DNA of 53,808 nt, taken from Bacteroidia bacterium (GTDB lineage Bacteria; Bacteroidota; Bacteroidia; Cytophagales; Cyclobacteriaceae). The notes under the pieces are model-generated. The model worked only from the letters and a program-made list of their open reading frames with translations, did no database searches and was not told the origin of the DNA. How positions within the stretch are numbered: the stretch's first letter is position 1; each line of letters begins with the position of its first letter. The DNA is taken from positions 1-53,808 of the forward strand of contig JANOQK010000322.1 of the NCBI GenBank assembly GCA_031414855.1. The letters are read 5' to 3'. Made by a program: the position numbers and the translations under genes. This document shows, piece after piece, positions 17,887 to 28,590 of this stretch.

Positions 17887-20800
17887 TTGAAGGTATTGCT
17901 GGCGAACGATTTTTTAAAAGTTTATCAAGCAGATGGCCTGGTGCAAACCCTGGCGGAAGGGATTCGTACGCCTGTCCGTTCCGAAGGCGGGTTCAAGCCA
18001 GAAATACTTCGGGTAAAAGGATTAAGCGGAAGTCTGGATGCCTTGCTTTTTGCCGCCATTTACAAAACCAGCAAGTCAAGTCATATCATTATCCTCCACG
18101 ATAAAGAGGAAGCGTCTTATTTTCTGAATGATCTGCAAAATCTTTTAGGTCAAAAGGAGGTTTTGCTTTTCCCGATGTCATACAAGCGTCCTTACGAGTA
18201 CGATGAGGTTGAGAACGCGAATATTTTGATGCGTGCGGAGACACTCAATCATCTCGGAAGTCATCCTGATTCACAGATTATAGTCACTTATCCGGAAGCG
18301 TTATCAGAAAAGGTAATCACTAAGAAATCTTTAGCGTCAAACACATTTGTTGTTAAGGTTGGTGAAAAGCTTGATCGTGAGTTTCTCGAAGAGTTCTTAC
18401 ACTCTTATGATTTTGAGAAAACTGATTTCGTATACGAAGCCGGCCAGTTCGCTATTCGAGGTGGCATACTGGATGTCTACTCTTTTGCACACGAACTTCC
18501 CTATCGCATTGAACTTTTTGGCGAAGAGGTAGACAGCATTCGCAGTTTCGATCCAGGTTCTCAGCTTTCTGTAGAAACTTTAGAAAGGGTAAGTCTGATG
18601 CCCAACGTGCAAACGCGGCTGGTGCACGAAGAGCGGCAACCGTTTCTTGAATTCATTCCGAATACTACACGCATTTGGGTGAAAGATTTTCAACTCACAC
18701 AAGATGTGCTCCGAAAATCCTTCGATAAAGCATCGCAGAGTTTTGATAAAATTATTCGCGAAAGCGGTTCTAAAGTTGTCCTCCAACCTGAACAACTATT
18801 TGAAACAGAAGTAGCCTTCAAGGAAAAAATACAATCTTTCTTGTTGCTGGAGTTTGGTTCGAGGTTTCATTTCCCAGCTTCAAAAACCTATGACTTTAGG
18901 TCCTCAGCCCAACCTTCTTTCAATAAAAATTTTGAACTTCTTACTTCAGATCTTTTTGATCAGCAACTTAAAGGATATTCCAATTTTATCGCTGCCGAAC
19001 AACCCAGACAACTTGAGCGGCTGCAGGGAATTTTCGAAGAGATAAATCATCAGGTAAAATTTCAGCCACTGAGCTTCTCCTTACGGGAAGGTTTTGTGGA
19101 TCACGTTTTAAAAATCACATGCTATACCGATCACCAGATTTTTGAACGCTTTCATCGCTATCGCGCCAAAGAAAAATTCTCCAAATCAAAAGCATTAACC
19201 TTTCGGGAATTACAAACCATGGTGCCGGGCGATTTTGTTACGCACATCGATTACGGCATCGGAAAATTTGCCGGATTGGAGAAGAAAGAAGTAAATGGCC
19301 GCCAACAAGAATCGATTCGTTTGGTATTTCGCGATGATGACTTGCTGTATGTGAGCATTCATGCCCTTCATAAGATTTCAAAATACTCCGGCAAAGACGG
19401 AACTCCACCTGCTATCAGTAAACTTGGTTCTGACGAGTGGGAAAATAAAAAGGCAAAAGTCAGAAAGAAGGTAAAAGACATTGCCAAGGAACTTATTGAC
19501 CTTTACGCCAAACGCAAACAAGCACCTGGATTAGCTTTTGCCCCGGATGGGTTTCTACAAGCGGAGCTGGAGTCTTCTTTTATTTATGAAGACACGCCTG
19601 ATCAGGCCAAAGCAACAGAAGATGTAAAGCGCGATATGCAGCTGCCGCATCCCATGGATCGCCTTGTGTGTGGCGATGTTGGTTTTGGAAAAACAGAAGT
19701 TGCCATTCGTGCCGCCTTCAAAGCTGCCTGCGAAGGCAAGCAGGTTGCTGTATTGGTGCCCACAACAATTCTTGCAATGCAGCACTATCGGACCTTCTCC
19801 GAACGTCTTGCGAATTTTCCGGTCAAGATTGATTATGTCTCTCGTTTCAAAACGGATAAAGAAATCAAACAAATTATTAAAGAGGCTGGGTTGGGCAACG
19901 TCAACATATTGATTGGTACACATCGGGTTGTAAGCAAAGATGTTGTCTTTAAAGATCTAGGATTATTGATAGTTGATGAAGAGCAAAAGTTTGGAGTAAA
20001 AGTAAAAGACCGTCTGAAGGAAATAAAGGTGAATGTGGATGTGCTTACGCTAACGGCCACTCCCATTCCTCGCACACTTCACTTTTCATTAATGGGTGCG
20101 CGCGATCTCAGTATTATCTCGACACCTCCACCAAATCGTCAACCGGTTACTACCGAGCTTCATACCTACAACGAAGAAATCATCCGCGATGCGGTGAGTC
20201 ATGAGTTGAGAAGGGGAGGCCAAGTATTTTTTGTACACAACAAAGTAAGCGACATTGAAGCGATCGCCAATGTCATCTTCAAACTTGTGCCTGATTCTCG
20301 CATTGGTATTGCACACGGACAAATGGATGGCGACAAGCTTGAAAAAGCAATGATCAAATTCATTGATGGTGAATATGATGTGCTTGTCTCAACTAACATC
20401 ATTGAATCAGGGCTTGATATTCCAAATGCCAACACCATCATCATTCACAATGCTCATATGTTTGGGTTGAGCGACTTGCATCAGATGCGCGGTCGTGTTG
20501 GGCGATCTAACAAAAAAGCATTCTGTTATTTACTCACTCCACCAAGTTCAGTCTTAAGTGCCGATTCACGAAAGCGTTTGTCGGCCCTTGAAGAATTTAG
20601 TGAATTAGGAGATGGCTTTAAAGTGGCCATGCGAGATCTTGATATTCGTGGAGCAGGAAATTTATTGGGCGCAGAGCAAAGCGGGTTTATTACAGACCTT
20701 GGATTTGATACGTATCACAAAATTCTTGATGAGGCTATTCAGGAGTTAAAAGAAACAGAATTCAGGGATTTATTTGCGGATGAACTTTCTGAAAAAGTAA

Positions 20801-21291
20801 AATTGATTGTTCAGGATTGTGTGATAGAAACCGATTTGGAACTGCTTATTCCCGAAACGTATGTAAGCAATACAAGTGAGCGACTACAACTCTACGCCAG
20901 TCTTGATAATATTAAAGACGAGGAAAGGTTAGAGAAGTTTGCTGAATCACTTAAAGATCGGTTTGGTGCGTTACCGAATGCGGTTGAACAGCTTGTCAAT
21001 ACCGTTCGGTTGCGTTGGTTGGGTGAAAATCTGGGATTTGAAAAAATTACATTGAAGAATGAGAAGCTGAGGGGCTACTTCATCTCTGGAAAAGACGAAT
21101 ACTATAAGTCGGATGTGTTTGGGCACATTTTGAGTTTTGTGCAAACCCATCCCAAGCAATGCCGGATGAAAGACACGAATGGAAAATTGATTCTAACGAT
21201 TGAAAACATAGTGAATGTGGATAACGCAATCGATTTTCTTCACCGAATGAATCACAAAGCTAAATCCTCCAGCGAAACACTTTCCGCGTAA
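17887..21291 (+). CDS. mfd: Transcription-repair coupling factor
   Basis: UvrB-homology region, RID (HIDYGIGKF), GDVGFGKT, DEEQKFG, TATPIPRTL, QMRGRVGR and TRCF domain. Confidence 0.97.
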   Translation: MKVLLANDFLKVYQADGLVQTLAEGIRTPVRSEGGFKPEILRVKGLSGSLDALLFAAIYKTSKSSHIIILHDKEEASYFLNDLQNLLGQKEVLLFPMSYKRPYEYDEVENANILMRAETLNHLGSHPDSQIIVTYPEALSEKVITKKSLASNTFVVKVGEKLDREFLEEFLHSYDFEKTDFVYEAGQFAIRGGILDVYSFAHELPYRIELFGEEVDSIRSFDPGSQLSVETLERVSLMPNVQTRLVHEERQPFLEFIPNTTRIWVKDFQLTQDVLRKSFDKASQSFDKIIRESGSKVVLQPEQLFETEVAFKEKIQSFLLLEFGSRFHFPASKTYDFRSSAQPSFNKNFELLTSDLFDQQLKGYSNFIAAEQPRQLERLQGIFEEINHQVKFQPLSFSLREGFVDHVLKITCYTDHQIFERFHRYRAKEKFSKSKALTFRELQTMVPGDFVTHIDYGIGKFAGLEKKEVNGRQQESIRLVFRDDDLLYVSIHALHKISKYSGKDGTPPAISKLGSDEWENKKAKVRKKVKDIAKELIDLYAKRKQAPGLAFAPDGFLQAELESSFIYEDTPDQAKATEDVKRDMQLPHPMDRLVCGDVGFGKTEVAIRAAFKAACEGKQVAVLVPTTILAMQHYRTFSERLANFPVKIDYVSRFKTDKEIKQIIKEAGLGNVNILIGTHRVVSKDVVFKDLGLLIVDEEQKFGVKVKDRLKEIKVNVDVLTLTATPIPRTLHFSLMGARDLSIISTPPPNRQPVTTELHTYNEEIIRDAVSHELRRGGQVFFVHNKVSDIEAIANVIFKLVPDSRIGIAHGQMDGDKLEKAMIKFIDGEYDVLVSTNIIESGLDIPNANTIIIHNAHMFGLSDLHQMRGRVGRSNKKAFCYLLTPPSSVLSADSRKRLSALEEFSELGDGFKVAMRDLDIRGAGNLLGAEQSGFITDLGFDTYHKILDEAIQELKETEFRDLFADELSEKVKLIVQDCVIETDLELLIPETYVSNTSERLQLYASLDNIKDEERLEKFAESLKDRFGALPNAVEQLVNTVRLRWLGENLGFEKITLKNEKLRGYFISGKDEYYKSDVFGHILSFVQTHPKQCRMKDTNGKLILTIENIVNVDNAIDFLHRMNHKAKSSSETLSA

Positions 21292-21503
21292 GGCATCAAG
21301 TCATCTATACTTTTAAAAGCATTGATCATCAACACTTTCTTATGTCCAGGGGAATAATACACCTCTATAAAAAAATGATCGGCATGATAGAGGTACGCTT
21401 TACAATCACCCAACTTACGCATGGTAATATAATTCGAAGCGGTGGTGACCATATCACATTTCCGTTCGAAAGTTGCATACTTAAAATCTTCCAGCGTAAT
21501 CAT
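21252..21503 (-). CDS. Hypothetical protein
   Basis: 83 aa with plausible composition (LY...FFIEVYY); 40-nt convergent overlap with mfd. Confidence 0.6.
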   Translation of the reverse strand: MITLEDFKYATFERKCDMVTTASNYITMRKLGDCKAYLYHADHFFIEVYYSPGHKKVLMINAFKSIDDLMPYAESVSLEDLAL

Positions 21504-21770
21504 GGTATAGTTTCTTTAATAAGTTCATGGAAGAGAAAACTATGCCTTTCTTAAAAAAAGCACTAAATAGTGTTTTTGATTCGTTTTTTAATCCCAATTT
21601 GTTTCAATGTTGGAGGGAAAATCCCAATTTGAATCGGCAATAACGTGGTCAGCTTATCGTTTAATTATGCAGTTGATCGGTACTTGCACTAAGGATTTAT
21701 CAATAAAAACCTTAGCCCTTGGAAAACATTAGATTATCTATTTATATTAGCGGTTGCTTTGACTAAGACT

Positions 21771-23006
21771 ATGAAACAAATGAAGCATTTGAAAGGACTA
21801 TTTTTTCTGGTTGGCGGATCGCTAATCATTTCCTCTTGCTCACTTTTTGGAAACAAAGGCGGCAAGCCTACTAACACCAACCCTGGGCAGATGAGTACGG
21901 CAACAGGGTTAGCCTATAACGAAGAAGACGGTGGTGGTTTTCAGGTAAGTCCCTTTGAAGGACAACCTGATGCACCAAATACAGTTTTCATAGAAGGCGG
22001 AAGAGCCATCATGGGCTCGTTTGAAGAAGATGTGATGTCATCCCGCGACAATATTGAGAGAACGGTCTCTGTAGCGTCCTTTTATATGGATGAAACCGAA
22101 ATCGCCAACATTCACTGGTTGGAATATATGCACTATTTGGCCAAAGATTCCTCTCAGGAAGTTTACGCTAAAGCATTGCCTGACACAAATGTGTGGAAAG
22201 GAAAACTTGCTTTTAACGATCCTTATGTAGACCACTATTTGAGATATCCGGGTTTCCGTTATTTCCCAGTAGTCGGGGTGAGCTGGAAGCAAGCAAATGA
22301 CTATGCCGTATGGAGAACCCGCGCTGTTAACGTTAAACTTGCTCAAAATGCAGGTGAGGAGTATGCTGAAACAGATGGTCGAATACCTCTTGAATCTGGT
22401 ATTGTTGTACCTGCCTATCGCTTAGCAACTGAGGCCGAGTGGGAGTATGCTGCTCAGGCAATGTTGGGAACCCAGTGGCTGGAAGAAATGCAAACACATC
22501 AACGTATTTATCCTTGGGATGGACACGCTCTTCGCAATCCTTTTGGAAATCAAATGGGATTTTTCCTGGCAAATTTTAAACGCGGACGTGGTGACTATGC
22601 GGGTATTGCCGGAAGGTTGAATGATGGTGCTTTGATTACATCCTATATATACGAGTTCCCTCCTAACGATTATGGTTTATATAATATGGCCGGTAATGTC
22701 AGTGAATGGGTAATGGATGTTTATCGTCCTCTTTCATACCAAGACTTTGATGATTTGAACCCTATCCGCAGAGATGGATTTTTGGATGAAGCTGCTGGTG
22801 CTTCAAACAAATACAATAACATCGAAAAAGACGCTACAGGATTTACTTCTTTGATTACAGATAAGGCTCGTGTTTACAAAGGGGGTAGCTGGAAAGATGT
22901 GGCATACTGGATGTCACCGGGAACGAGAAGGTTTCTTGATGAGGATTCAGCAACTGCCACAATCGGCTTCCGTTGTGCTATGATACGTGCAGGATCGAAT
23001 TACTAA
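21771..23006 (+). CDS. gldJ: Gliding motility lipoprotein GldJ (FGE-sulfatase domain)
   Basis: Lipobox ISSC; STATGLAYNE..GGF, FYMDETEI, RLATEAEWEYAA, LYNMAGNVSEW, GFRCAM; start at 21771 or 21780. Confidence 0.85.
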   Translation: MKQMKHLKGLFFLVGGSLIISSCSLFGNKGGKPTNTNPGQMSTATGLAYNEEDGGGFQVSPFEGQPDAPNTVFIEGGRAIMGSFEEDVMSSRDNIERTVSVASFYMDETEIANIHWLEYMHYLAKDSSQEVYAKALPDTNVWKGKLAFNDPYVDHYLRYPGFRYFPVVGVSWKQANDYAVWRTRAVNVKLAQNAGEEYAETDGRIPLESGIVVPAYRLATEAEWEYAAQAMLGTQWLEEMQTHQRIYPWDGHALRNPFGNQMGFFLANFKRGRGDYAGIAGRLNDGALITSYIYEFPPNDYGLYNMAGNVSEWVMDVYRPLSYQDFDDLNPIRRDGFLDEAAGASNKYNNIEKDATGFTSLITDKARVYKGGSWKDVAYWMSPGTRRFLDEDSATATIGFRCAMIRAGSNY

Positions 23007-23026
23007 TTCATTCTTAATAAATATTC

Positions 23027-23055
23027 AAAAGCCTTCTGCAAAACAGAAGGCTTTT
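23027..23055. terminator. Bidirectional intrinsic terminator between gldJ and comF
   Basis: AAAAGCCTTCTG-CAAAA-CAGAAGGCTTTT perfect 12-bp stem. Confidence 0.9.
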
Positions 23056-23742
23056 TTATTGCGCCTCGGCTATACAGGCAATGCTTAACTCTGCGCAATT
23101 ATTTTTCAACAAATGCTGTCCGCAAGCTTCCAGTGTCGCTCCTGTAGTAATAACATCGTCTACCAATAAAATCCTTTTGTTTAGGATTTTTTCCGCGATG
23201 TCAACATCAAAAACATCCTTAACATTTTCCCATCTATCCAGTTTTGATTTACGTGTTTGGGTTGCGGTGCTTCTTTTACGAATTGAAATGCTCTCGTCCC
23301 AAGGCACTAATAAAGAAAGACTCAACCCTTCAGCAAATTTTGCACTCTGATTATAGCCACGTTTACGTTTTCGGGAATTGTGCAGTGGCACCGGAACAAT
23401 CAGATCAAATTCTTTTTCCAATCCTTGATCGCGCAACTCTTTTCCAAAGAGCATCCCCATCCTCACACCAACTTCAGGATGGTTGTTATATTTTAATTGA
23501 TGAAGCAGATGTTGAACAATTCCGCTTTTTCTGAATTTCAAGAATGCCCATGCGTGTTTCACTGTTAGACGTCCGAATAATCGATCCTGAATGGGGTTGG
23601 TTTGTTGAAGGTGGTAATTTGTTCTTGGTAGCTCTGCCAAACAATAGGTACAGAGCATCTCCTCTCCCTTTACCAATGCTTCCGAGCATCCTAAGCAACT
23701 ATTTGGAAAAAATAGCGATATAAAATCTGAAACCGCGCTCAC
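23056..23742 (-). CDS. comF: ComF family phosphoribosyltransferase-like protein
   Basis: CLGC..CTYC zinc motif, RGYNQS, LLVDDVITTGAT. Confidence 0.92.
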   Translation of the reverse strand: MSAVSDFISLFFPNSCLGCSEALVKGEEMLCTYCLAELPRTNYHLQQTNPIQDRLFGRLTVKHAWAFLKFRKSGIVQHLLHQLKYNNHPEVGVRMGMLFGKELRDQGLEKEFDLIVPVPLHNSRKRKRGYNQSAKFAEGLSLSLLVPWDESISIRKRSTATQTRKSKLDRWENVKDVFDVDIAEKILNKRILLVDDVITTGATLEACGQHLLKNNCAELSIACIAEAQ

Positions 23743-23891
23743 AATTTTGTGTTTAGTCTTAATTCAATCCAGAAATGGACTGGCCATGCCGCTTTTTCCA
23801 CTATTAACATTTAACTTTTTACTATTAACGAAACGCAAGTTTGTTTTGCGATTGAATGAACTCATCTTTGCAACACAAACCATTAATCCTC

Positions 23892-24230
23892 ATGAGCCTT
23901 GTAAAGCAATTTAATGATTACCGCAGCAAAATGAATGAAAAGATTTTGGCGGGGGATAGTTTAATCATCAAGCGTATTTTCAATCTCGATACCAATGCTT
24001 ACGCTGAAGGCGCGTTGGATGTGAAAAGCAAAGAGCTGATCGGGCTTACTTGCTCGCTGGTTTTGCGCTGTGATGACTGTGTTAAATATCACTTGGGAAA
24101 ATGTAGAGAGGTTGGTTTTACAACTGCTGAAGTGCAAGAAGCAATGGGAGTAGCAACATTGGTGGGGGGAACAATCGTAATACCTCACTTGCGCAGAGCC
24201 TACGAATTTTGGGAAGAACTAAACGCGTGA
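23892..24230 (+). CDS. Carboxymuconolactone decarboxylase (AhpD-like) family protein
   Basis: GALDVKSKELI...LRCDDCVKYH; start taken at ATG 23892. Confidence 0.9.
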   Translation: MSLVKQFNDYRSKMNEKILAGDSLIIKRIFNLDTNAYAEGALDVKSKELIGLTCSLVLRCDDCVKYHLGKCREVGFTTAEVQEAMGVATLVGGTIVIPHLRRAYEFWEELNA

Positions 24231-24231
24231 T

Positions 24232-24609
24232 ATGTTTAAACGTGATTTAGACCTCGACCGCAAATGGCATCAGCTGCTTGTCTTCGTTGAAAAAACAATT
24301 GGCAAAAAGCCAAAAGACCTGAATGGCCTCCTTTTCATTATTGGAATTCAGGAACTTGGACAAGGAGCAAAAAGGTTCTCCAAGGAAGAAAAACAAGACC
24401 TCCTGCACATCGCTATATGCAAAGTGTTAAGCCTCTCTGGCTATTACACATTGGAAGGATTAGACAAAGAGGGTTGGCCCCACTGGAAAGTGGTTAAGAA
24501 ACTTCCCCACTTTGACCTTTTGGAGCAGGAAAAGCTTTTGAAAATGCATGTCTTGGAATATTTCGAAAAAGAATACGATTGGTTTTACAATCCTGATTCT
24601 GTAGCATAA
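24232..24609 (+). CDS. Hypothetical protein
   Basis: 125 aa; LFIIGIQELG, FSKEEKQDLLHIAIC and DKEGWPHW look like a conserved Bacteroidota family. Confidence 0.8.
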   Translation: MFKRDLDLDRKWHQLLVFVEKTIGKKPKDLNGLLFIIGIQELGQGAKRFSKEEKQDLLHIAICKVLSLSGYYTLEGLDKEGWPHWKVVKKLPHFDLLEQEKLLKMHVLEYFEKEYDWFYNPDSVA

Positions 24610-24766
24610 GTTCATCTCAATCATGCCCGCTTCTGTTTAATCAAACGGGTCAAATCGTTATTTGAGACAGATACCCTTTGAATTCGCTGGGTTCTTGGCT
24701 TATCTTAGTAGATTATAAAAACTAAGCGTGGTGGATAAACGTTCTCACTAAAAAAACGACAGCGCA

Positions 24767-27700
24767 GTGAAGGGAGAGATTAAACCAATTCATGAAAAGC
24801 TTACTTCTTTTAGGCGAAAGTATTATTTGAATATTTTCATAAGAGGAGGGTTGCTTACCTTATCTCTTACCCTTTTTTATTTTCTAATCGCCTCTGTTAT
24901 TGAGTACAACTTGTGGCTGAGTTCATGGGCGCGTTTCACTATTTTCTTTTTATTCTTCGGGCTTGTCGCCTATTGCATCTATCACTTTCTAAAAAAACCA
25001 ATTGCCTGGTGGCTGTATCGAAAAGGGCTTGATCAAAATGAAAGCGCCCGCCTAATTGGTTCCTATTTTCCAACAGTTGGTGATCGGTTGCTAAACCTGC
25101 TTCAGCTTTCCTCTTCATCATCCGGTTCCGCACTTTTGGAAGCTGGTGTAAAACAGAAATCAAAACTGTTCGATAATATTTCTTTTGATCAAGCCATTGA
25201 CCTGAACGAAAACAGGCAATACTTAAAATATCTTCTTATTCCAGTAGGCATCATCCTGATTATACTTTTAATCAATACCCGGATTCTTACACAAAGCAGT
25301 CAACGGATTGTAAACTTTACACAGGAGTTTTCACCAGAAGCCCCTTTCAAATTTCTGATTCAGAACAAAAATCTGTACGCCTTCTTTAATGAAGACTTCA
25401 CATTGCAGTTAAAATTGGATGGAGAAGCAATAGCCGAATCGGCATACATTGTTTCAGGAAACCAGCGATTGAAAATGGAAACGATCAAGCCCGGTGAATT
25501 CACTTATACGTTTGAAAAAATTCAAAATGGTCTTGCCTTTCAGATTGAAGCATCCGGTTTTTTTTCTGATGCTTACACAATCATATTAGCGAATCGCCCC
25601 GAGATAACCGAGTTAAAAGTAAGTCTTGAATATCCTCGATACCTTGGAAGAAGAAATGAAGAATTAAAAAATGCTGGCAATCTCGAAGTGCCAGAAGGAA
25701 CAAAAATCACCTGGAAGATAGGAACGGCCAACACCACAAAAGTATTTATTAGCTTCTCCTCTCAGGAGTCTCCTAATCCAATGCAAATTATTGATGACCA
25801 ATTGTTTACATTCGGAAAGGGCTTTAACAACCCCGACCAGTATGCAATTGACTTAGAAAATGAGCAAAGCAAAAACAAAGAAAAGATAGCCTATTCAATT
25901 GCCGTTGCTAAAGATGCTTATCCTGAAATATCGGTTGAGTATTTAAAAGATTCCGTGCTATATAAAAGCATTGTATTGGGTGGCGCAATTGGTGACGACT
26001 ATGGTGTAACACAACTCGATCTTAGTTTTCAGGTGATTGGAAAAAATACCGAATCGGAGAGGAAACTGATTCATATCCCGATTAGTAAAAACCAACTTCA
26101 ACAAAGTTTCTTCTATAACTGGAGGCTTGATTCACTTAAGCTATTGCCCGGAGAGCGACTTGATTACTTTTTGCAAGTGTGGGATAATGATGGAGTGAAT
26201 GGACGCAAAGTAACAAAGTCAGCTAGCTATGTTTTCTCGTTGCCGGGTGAAGAAGAATTAAAAACGGAGATTGTTAAATCTGAATCTGCTACCGAGGGAA
26301 AGTTTGACCGGAGTTTGAAAAAAGCAAAAGATCTGAAGGAGGCCATTGAAGACGCTCAACAAAAATTGAAAGGCAAACAAGACCTGGACTGGCAAGACAA
26401 AAAAATGCTGGAAGAGCTAATCGAACAGAAGCAAAATCTTGATCAAATGATTAGTGAACTACAGAAGCAAAACGAATTACTGGAAGAAAAGAAGAATACA
26501 TTTTCTGAGCAAAGCGAAAAGATCAAAGAAAAGTCGGAGCAGATAAAAAAGTTAATGGAAGAGCTGCTCGACCCCGAAACCAAAAAATTGTTTGAAGAAC
26601 TGCAGAAATTATTAAAAGAAAATTCAGACATGCAGCAAGTCCAGAAGTTGATGAATAAAATGGATCGAAAGGAAATCAATCTTGAAAAAGAACTTGAGCG
26701 TACACTAGAATTATTTAAACAACTCAAATACGATTATAAACTAGAGCAGGCGATCGGTGAAATAAAAGAACAGGTAGAAAAGCAAGAAGCATTGCTGGAA
26801 AAAACCGAGGAGCTTTCAGGAGAGAAAAAACCGGATCAAAAAACCGATCAAAAGGAAAGTGACAAGCAGGAGAAGGATGAGAAGCAAGATCAAAAAAATC
26901 CATCTGATAAAAATACTGGCGACAAAAGTGAAAGCCCAGAGAATGAAAAACTAGCTGGTGAGCAAGAGGATTTAAAGCAAGACCTCCAAAAATTTGAAGA
27001 GTCTCTGGAAGAACTTCAAAAAATGGGTGATGAGCTAGATAAAGAAACGGATGCACCATCCAAAGAAGACTTAAATCAATTGAAGGAAACCGAGGAACAA
27101 AGCAAAGAATCGCTTAAACAGAACAAACCTAAAAAAGCCAGCGAATCTCAAAAGAAAGCCGTGAACCAGATGAAACAAATGCAGCAGCAGATGGAGGGTA
27201 TGCAAAGTTCAATGGAGATGGAAATGGACGAGCAAAATCTGGAGGCACTACGTCAAATCATCCACGGATTAATCAAACTCTCTTTCGATGAAGAAGGTCT
27301 TATGAAGGAGTTTGCTCAAATTCAACAGACCGATCCGAAATATGTTTCCCTTTCACAAAATCAACTGAAGCTAAAAGATGATGCTAAAGTATTGGAAGAC
27401 AGCCTATTATCACTTGCCAAGAAGGATCCGTTCCTTGGATCAGTGATCACCAAAGAAGTGGGCGAACTTAACGACCACATGGATAAGGCAGTGGAGCATA
27501 CCAAGGAAAGACGCAAGGGAAATGCTTCATCGGAAATGCAGTTGTCAATGACCAGCATGAACAATCTTGCTCTGATGCTCAACGATCATTTTGATGCGAT
27601 GATGGATATGATGGCAAATGCCAAACCATCCATGAAGAAAGGAAAGAAGAAAGGGAAACAACAAAGTCTTGGCGAGATGCAACAACAGTTGAATCAAAAA

Positions 27701-28165
27701 ATAGAAGATCTCAAAAAAGGTGGCAAGGGCGGAAGACAACTATCAGAGGAAGTGGCTGAGATGGCCGCAGAGCAAGAGCGTATACGAAGGGCTCTTCAGG
27801 AAATGCAGGAAAGATTAAAGCAAGAAGGAGGAAAGATTCCAGGAAATGATTTACCTGGAAAAATGGAACAAACGGAAATGGATTTAGTTAACAAACAGAT
27901 TACGGAGCAAACCATAAGAAGGCAGAAGGAAATCCTAACCCGGCTTTTGGAAACGGAAAAATCCATGCGCGAACAAAATCAAGACCAGGAGCGTAAAGGA
28001 GAGACAGCTAAAGATTACAACAAGGAAATCCCACGGGCTTTTGAAGAATATTTAAGATTAAAGGAAAAAGAAGTAGAATTGCTGAAAACAGTACCGCCAA
28101 AGCTTTATCCCTATTATAAGAAAGAGGTTAACGAATATTTTAAGCGTGTTGGAAAAGAAGACTAA
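24767..28165 (+). CDS. DUF4175-like membrane-anchored long coiled-coil protein
   Basis: 1132 aa; N-terminal TMs, Ig-like beta region with DDYG and VWDNDG, Q/E/K-rich coiled coil, C-terminal YYKKEVNEYF. Confidence 0.8.
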   Translation: MKGEIKPIHEKLTSFRRKYYLNIFIRGGLLTLSLTLFYFLIASVIEYNLWLSSWARFTIFFLFFGLVAYCIYHFLKKPIAWWLYRKGLDQNESARLIGSYFPTVGDRLLNLLQLSSSSSGSALLEAGVKQKSKLFDNISFDQAIDLNENRQYLKYLLIPVGIILIILLINTRILTQSSQRIVNFTQEFSPEAPFKFLIQNKNLYAFFNEDFTLQLKLDGEAIAESAYIVSGNQRLKMETIKPGEFTYTFEKIQNGLAFQIEASGFFSDAYTIILANRPEITELKVSLEYPRYLGRRNEELKNAGNLEVPEGTKITWKIGTANTTKVFISFSSQESPNPMQIIDDQLFTFGKGFNNPDQYAIDLENEQSKNKEKIAYSIAVAKDAYPEISVEYLKDSVLYKSIVLGGAIGDDYGVTQLDLSFQVIGKNTESERKLIHIPISKNQLQQSFFYNWRLDSLKLLPGERLDYFLQVWDNDGVNGRKVTKSASYVFSLPGEEELKTEIVKSESATEGKFDRSLKKAKDLKEAIEDAQQKLKGKQDLDWQDKKMLEELIEQKQNLDQMISELQKQNELLEEKKNTFSEQSEKIKEKSEQIKKLMEELLDPETKKLFEELQKLLKENSDMQQVQKLMNKMDRKEINLEKELERTLELFKQLKYDYKLEQAIGEIKEQVEKQEALLEKTEELSGEKKPDQKTDQKESDKQEKDEKQDQKNPSDKNTGDKSESPENEKLAGEQEDLKQDLQKFEESLEELQKMGDELDKETDAPSKEDLNQLKETEEQSKESLKQNKPKKASESQKKAVNQMKQMQQQMEGMQSSMEMEMDEQNLEALRQIIHGLIKLSFDEEGLMKEFAQIQQTDPKYVSLSQNQLKLKDDAKVLEDSLLSLAKKDPFLGSVITKEVGELNDHMDKAVEHTKERRKGNASSEMQLSMTSMNNLALMLNDHFDAMMDMMANAKPSMKKGKKKGKQQSLGEMQQQLNQKIEDLKKGGKGGRQLSEEVAEMAAEQERIRRALQEMQERLKQEGGKIPGNDLPGKMEQTEMDLVNKQITEQTIRRQKEILTRLLETEKSMREQNQDQERKGETAKDYNKEIPRAFEEYLRLKEKEVELLKTVPPKLYPYYKKEVNEYFKRVGKED

Positions 28166-28185
28166 AAATGTTGATTAATAAGCCA

Positions 28186-28590
28186 ATGAAGAATATCCGA
28201 ATTGAAATTCCATCTCTTTCTGAAAACATTAGAATGATTGAAAGCTTCATAGACAATTGCAAAGAAAAATTCCATCTCAATGAAGACATCTACGGTAACA
28301 TCATGATTGCTGTGACCGAAGCGGTTAACAATGCTATTCGACACGGCAATAAGAATGACTCAACAAAAAATGTGTCTCTTGCCCTTACACTGGAAGAAAA
28401 CCTTATAAGGTTTAAAGTAGAAGATGAGGGAAAGGGTTTTGACTATAATAGCCTTCCTGATCCAACTGCACCGGAAAACATTGAAAAGCCAGGTGGTCGT
28501 GGCATATTCCTCATGAAACACCTTTCGGACGAGGTTGATTTTAAAGAGGGGGGTAGAGTGGTAGAACTTTGCTTTTATATCAATTCATAA
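28186..28590 (+). CDS. RsbW-like anti-sigma factor / HATPase_c_2 Ser/Thr kinase
   Basis: EAVNNAIRHGN, DEGKGF and GGRGIFLM boxes; start at 28168 or 28186. Confidence 0.88.
   Translation: MKNIRIEIPSLSENIRMIESFIDNCKEKFHLNEDIYGNIMIAVTEAVNNAIRHGNKNDSTKNVSLALTLEENLIRFKVEDEGKGFDYNSLPDPTAPENIEKPGGRGIFLMKHLSDEVDFKEGGRVVELCFYINS

Noticed and set aside
24730-24738. GGTGGATAA as an origin DnaA box
   Set aside because: Isolated one-mismatch site without a box cluster or trios
26815-26960. K/D/Q-rich repetitive stretch in the DUF4175-like gene
   Set aside because: Low-complexity linker with no exact DNA repeat unit
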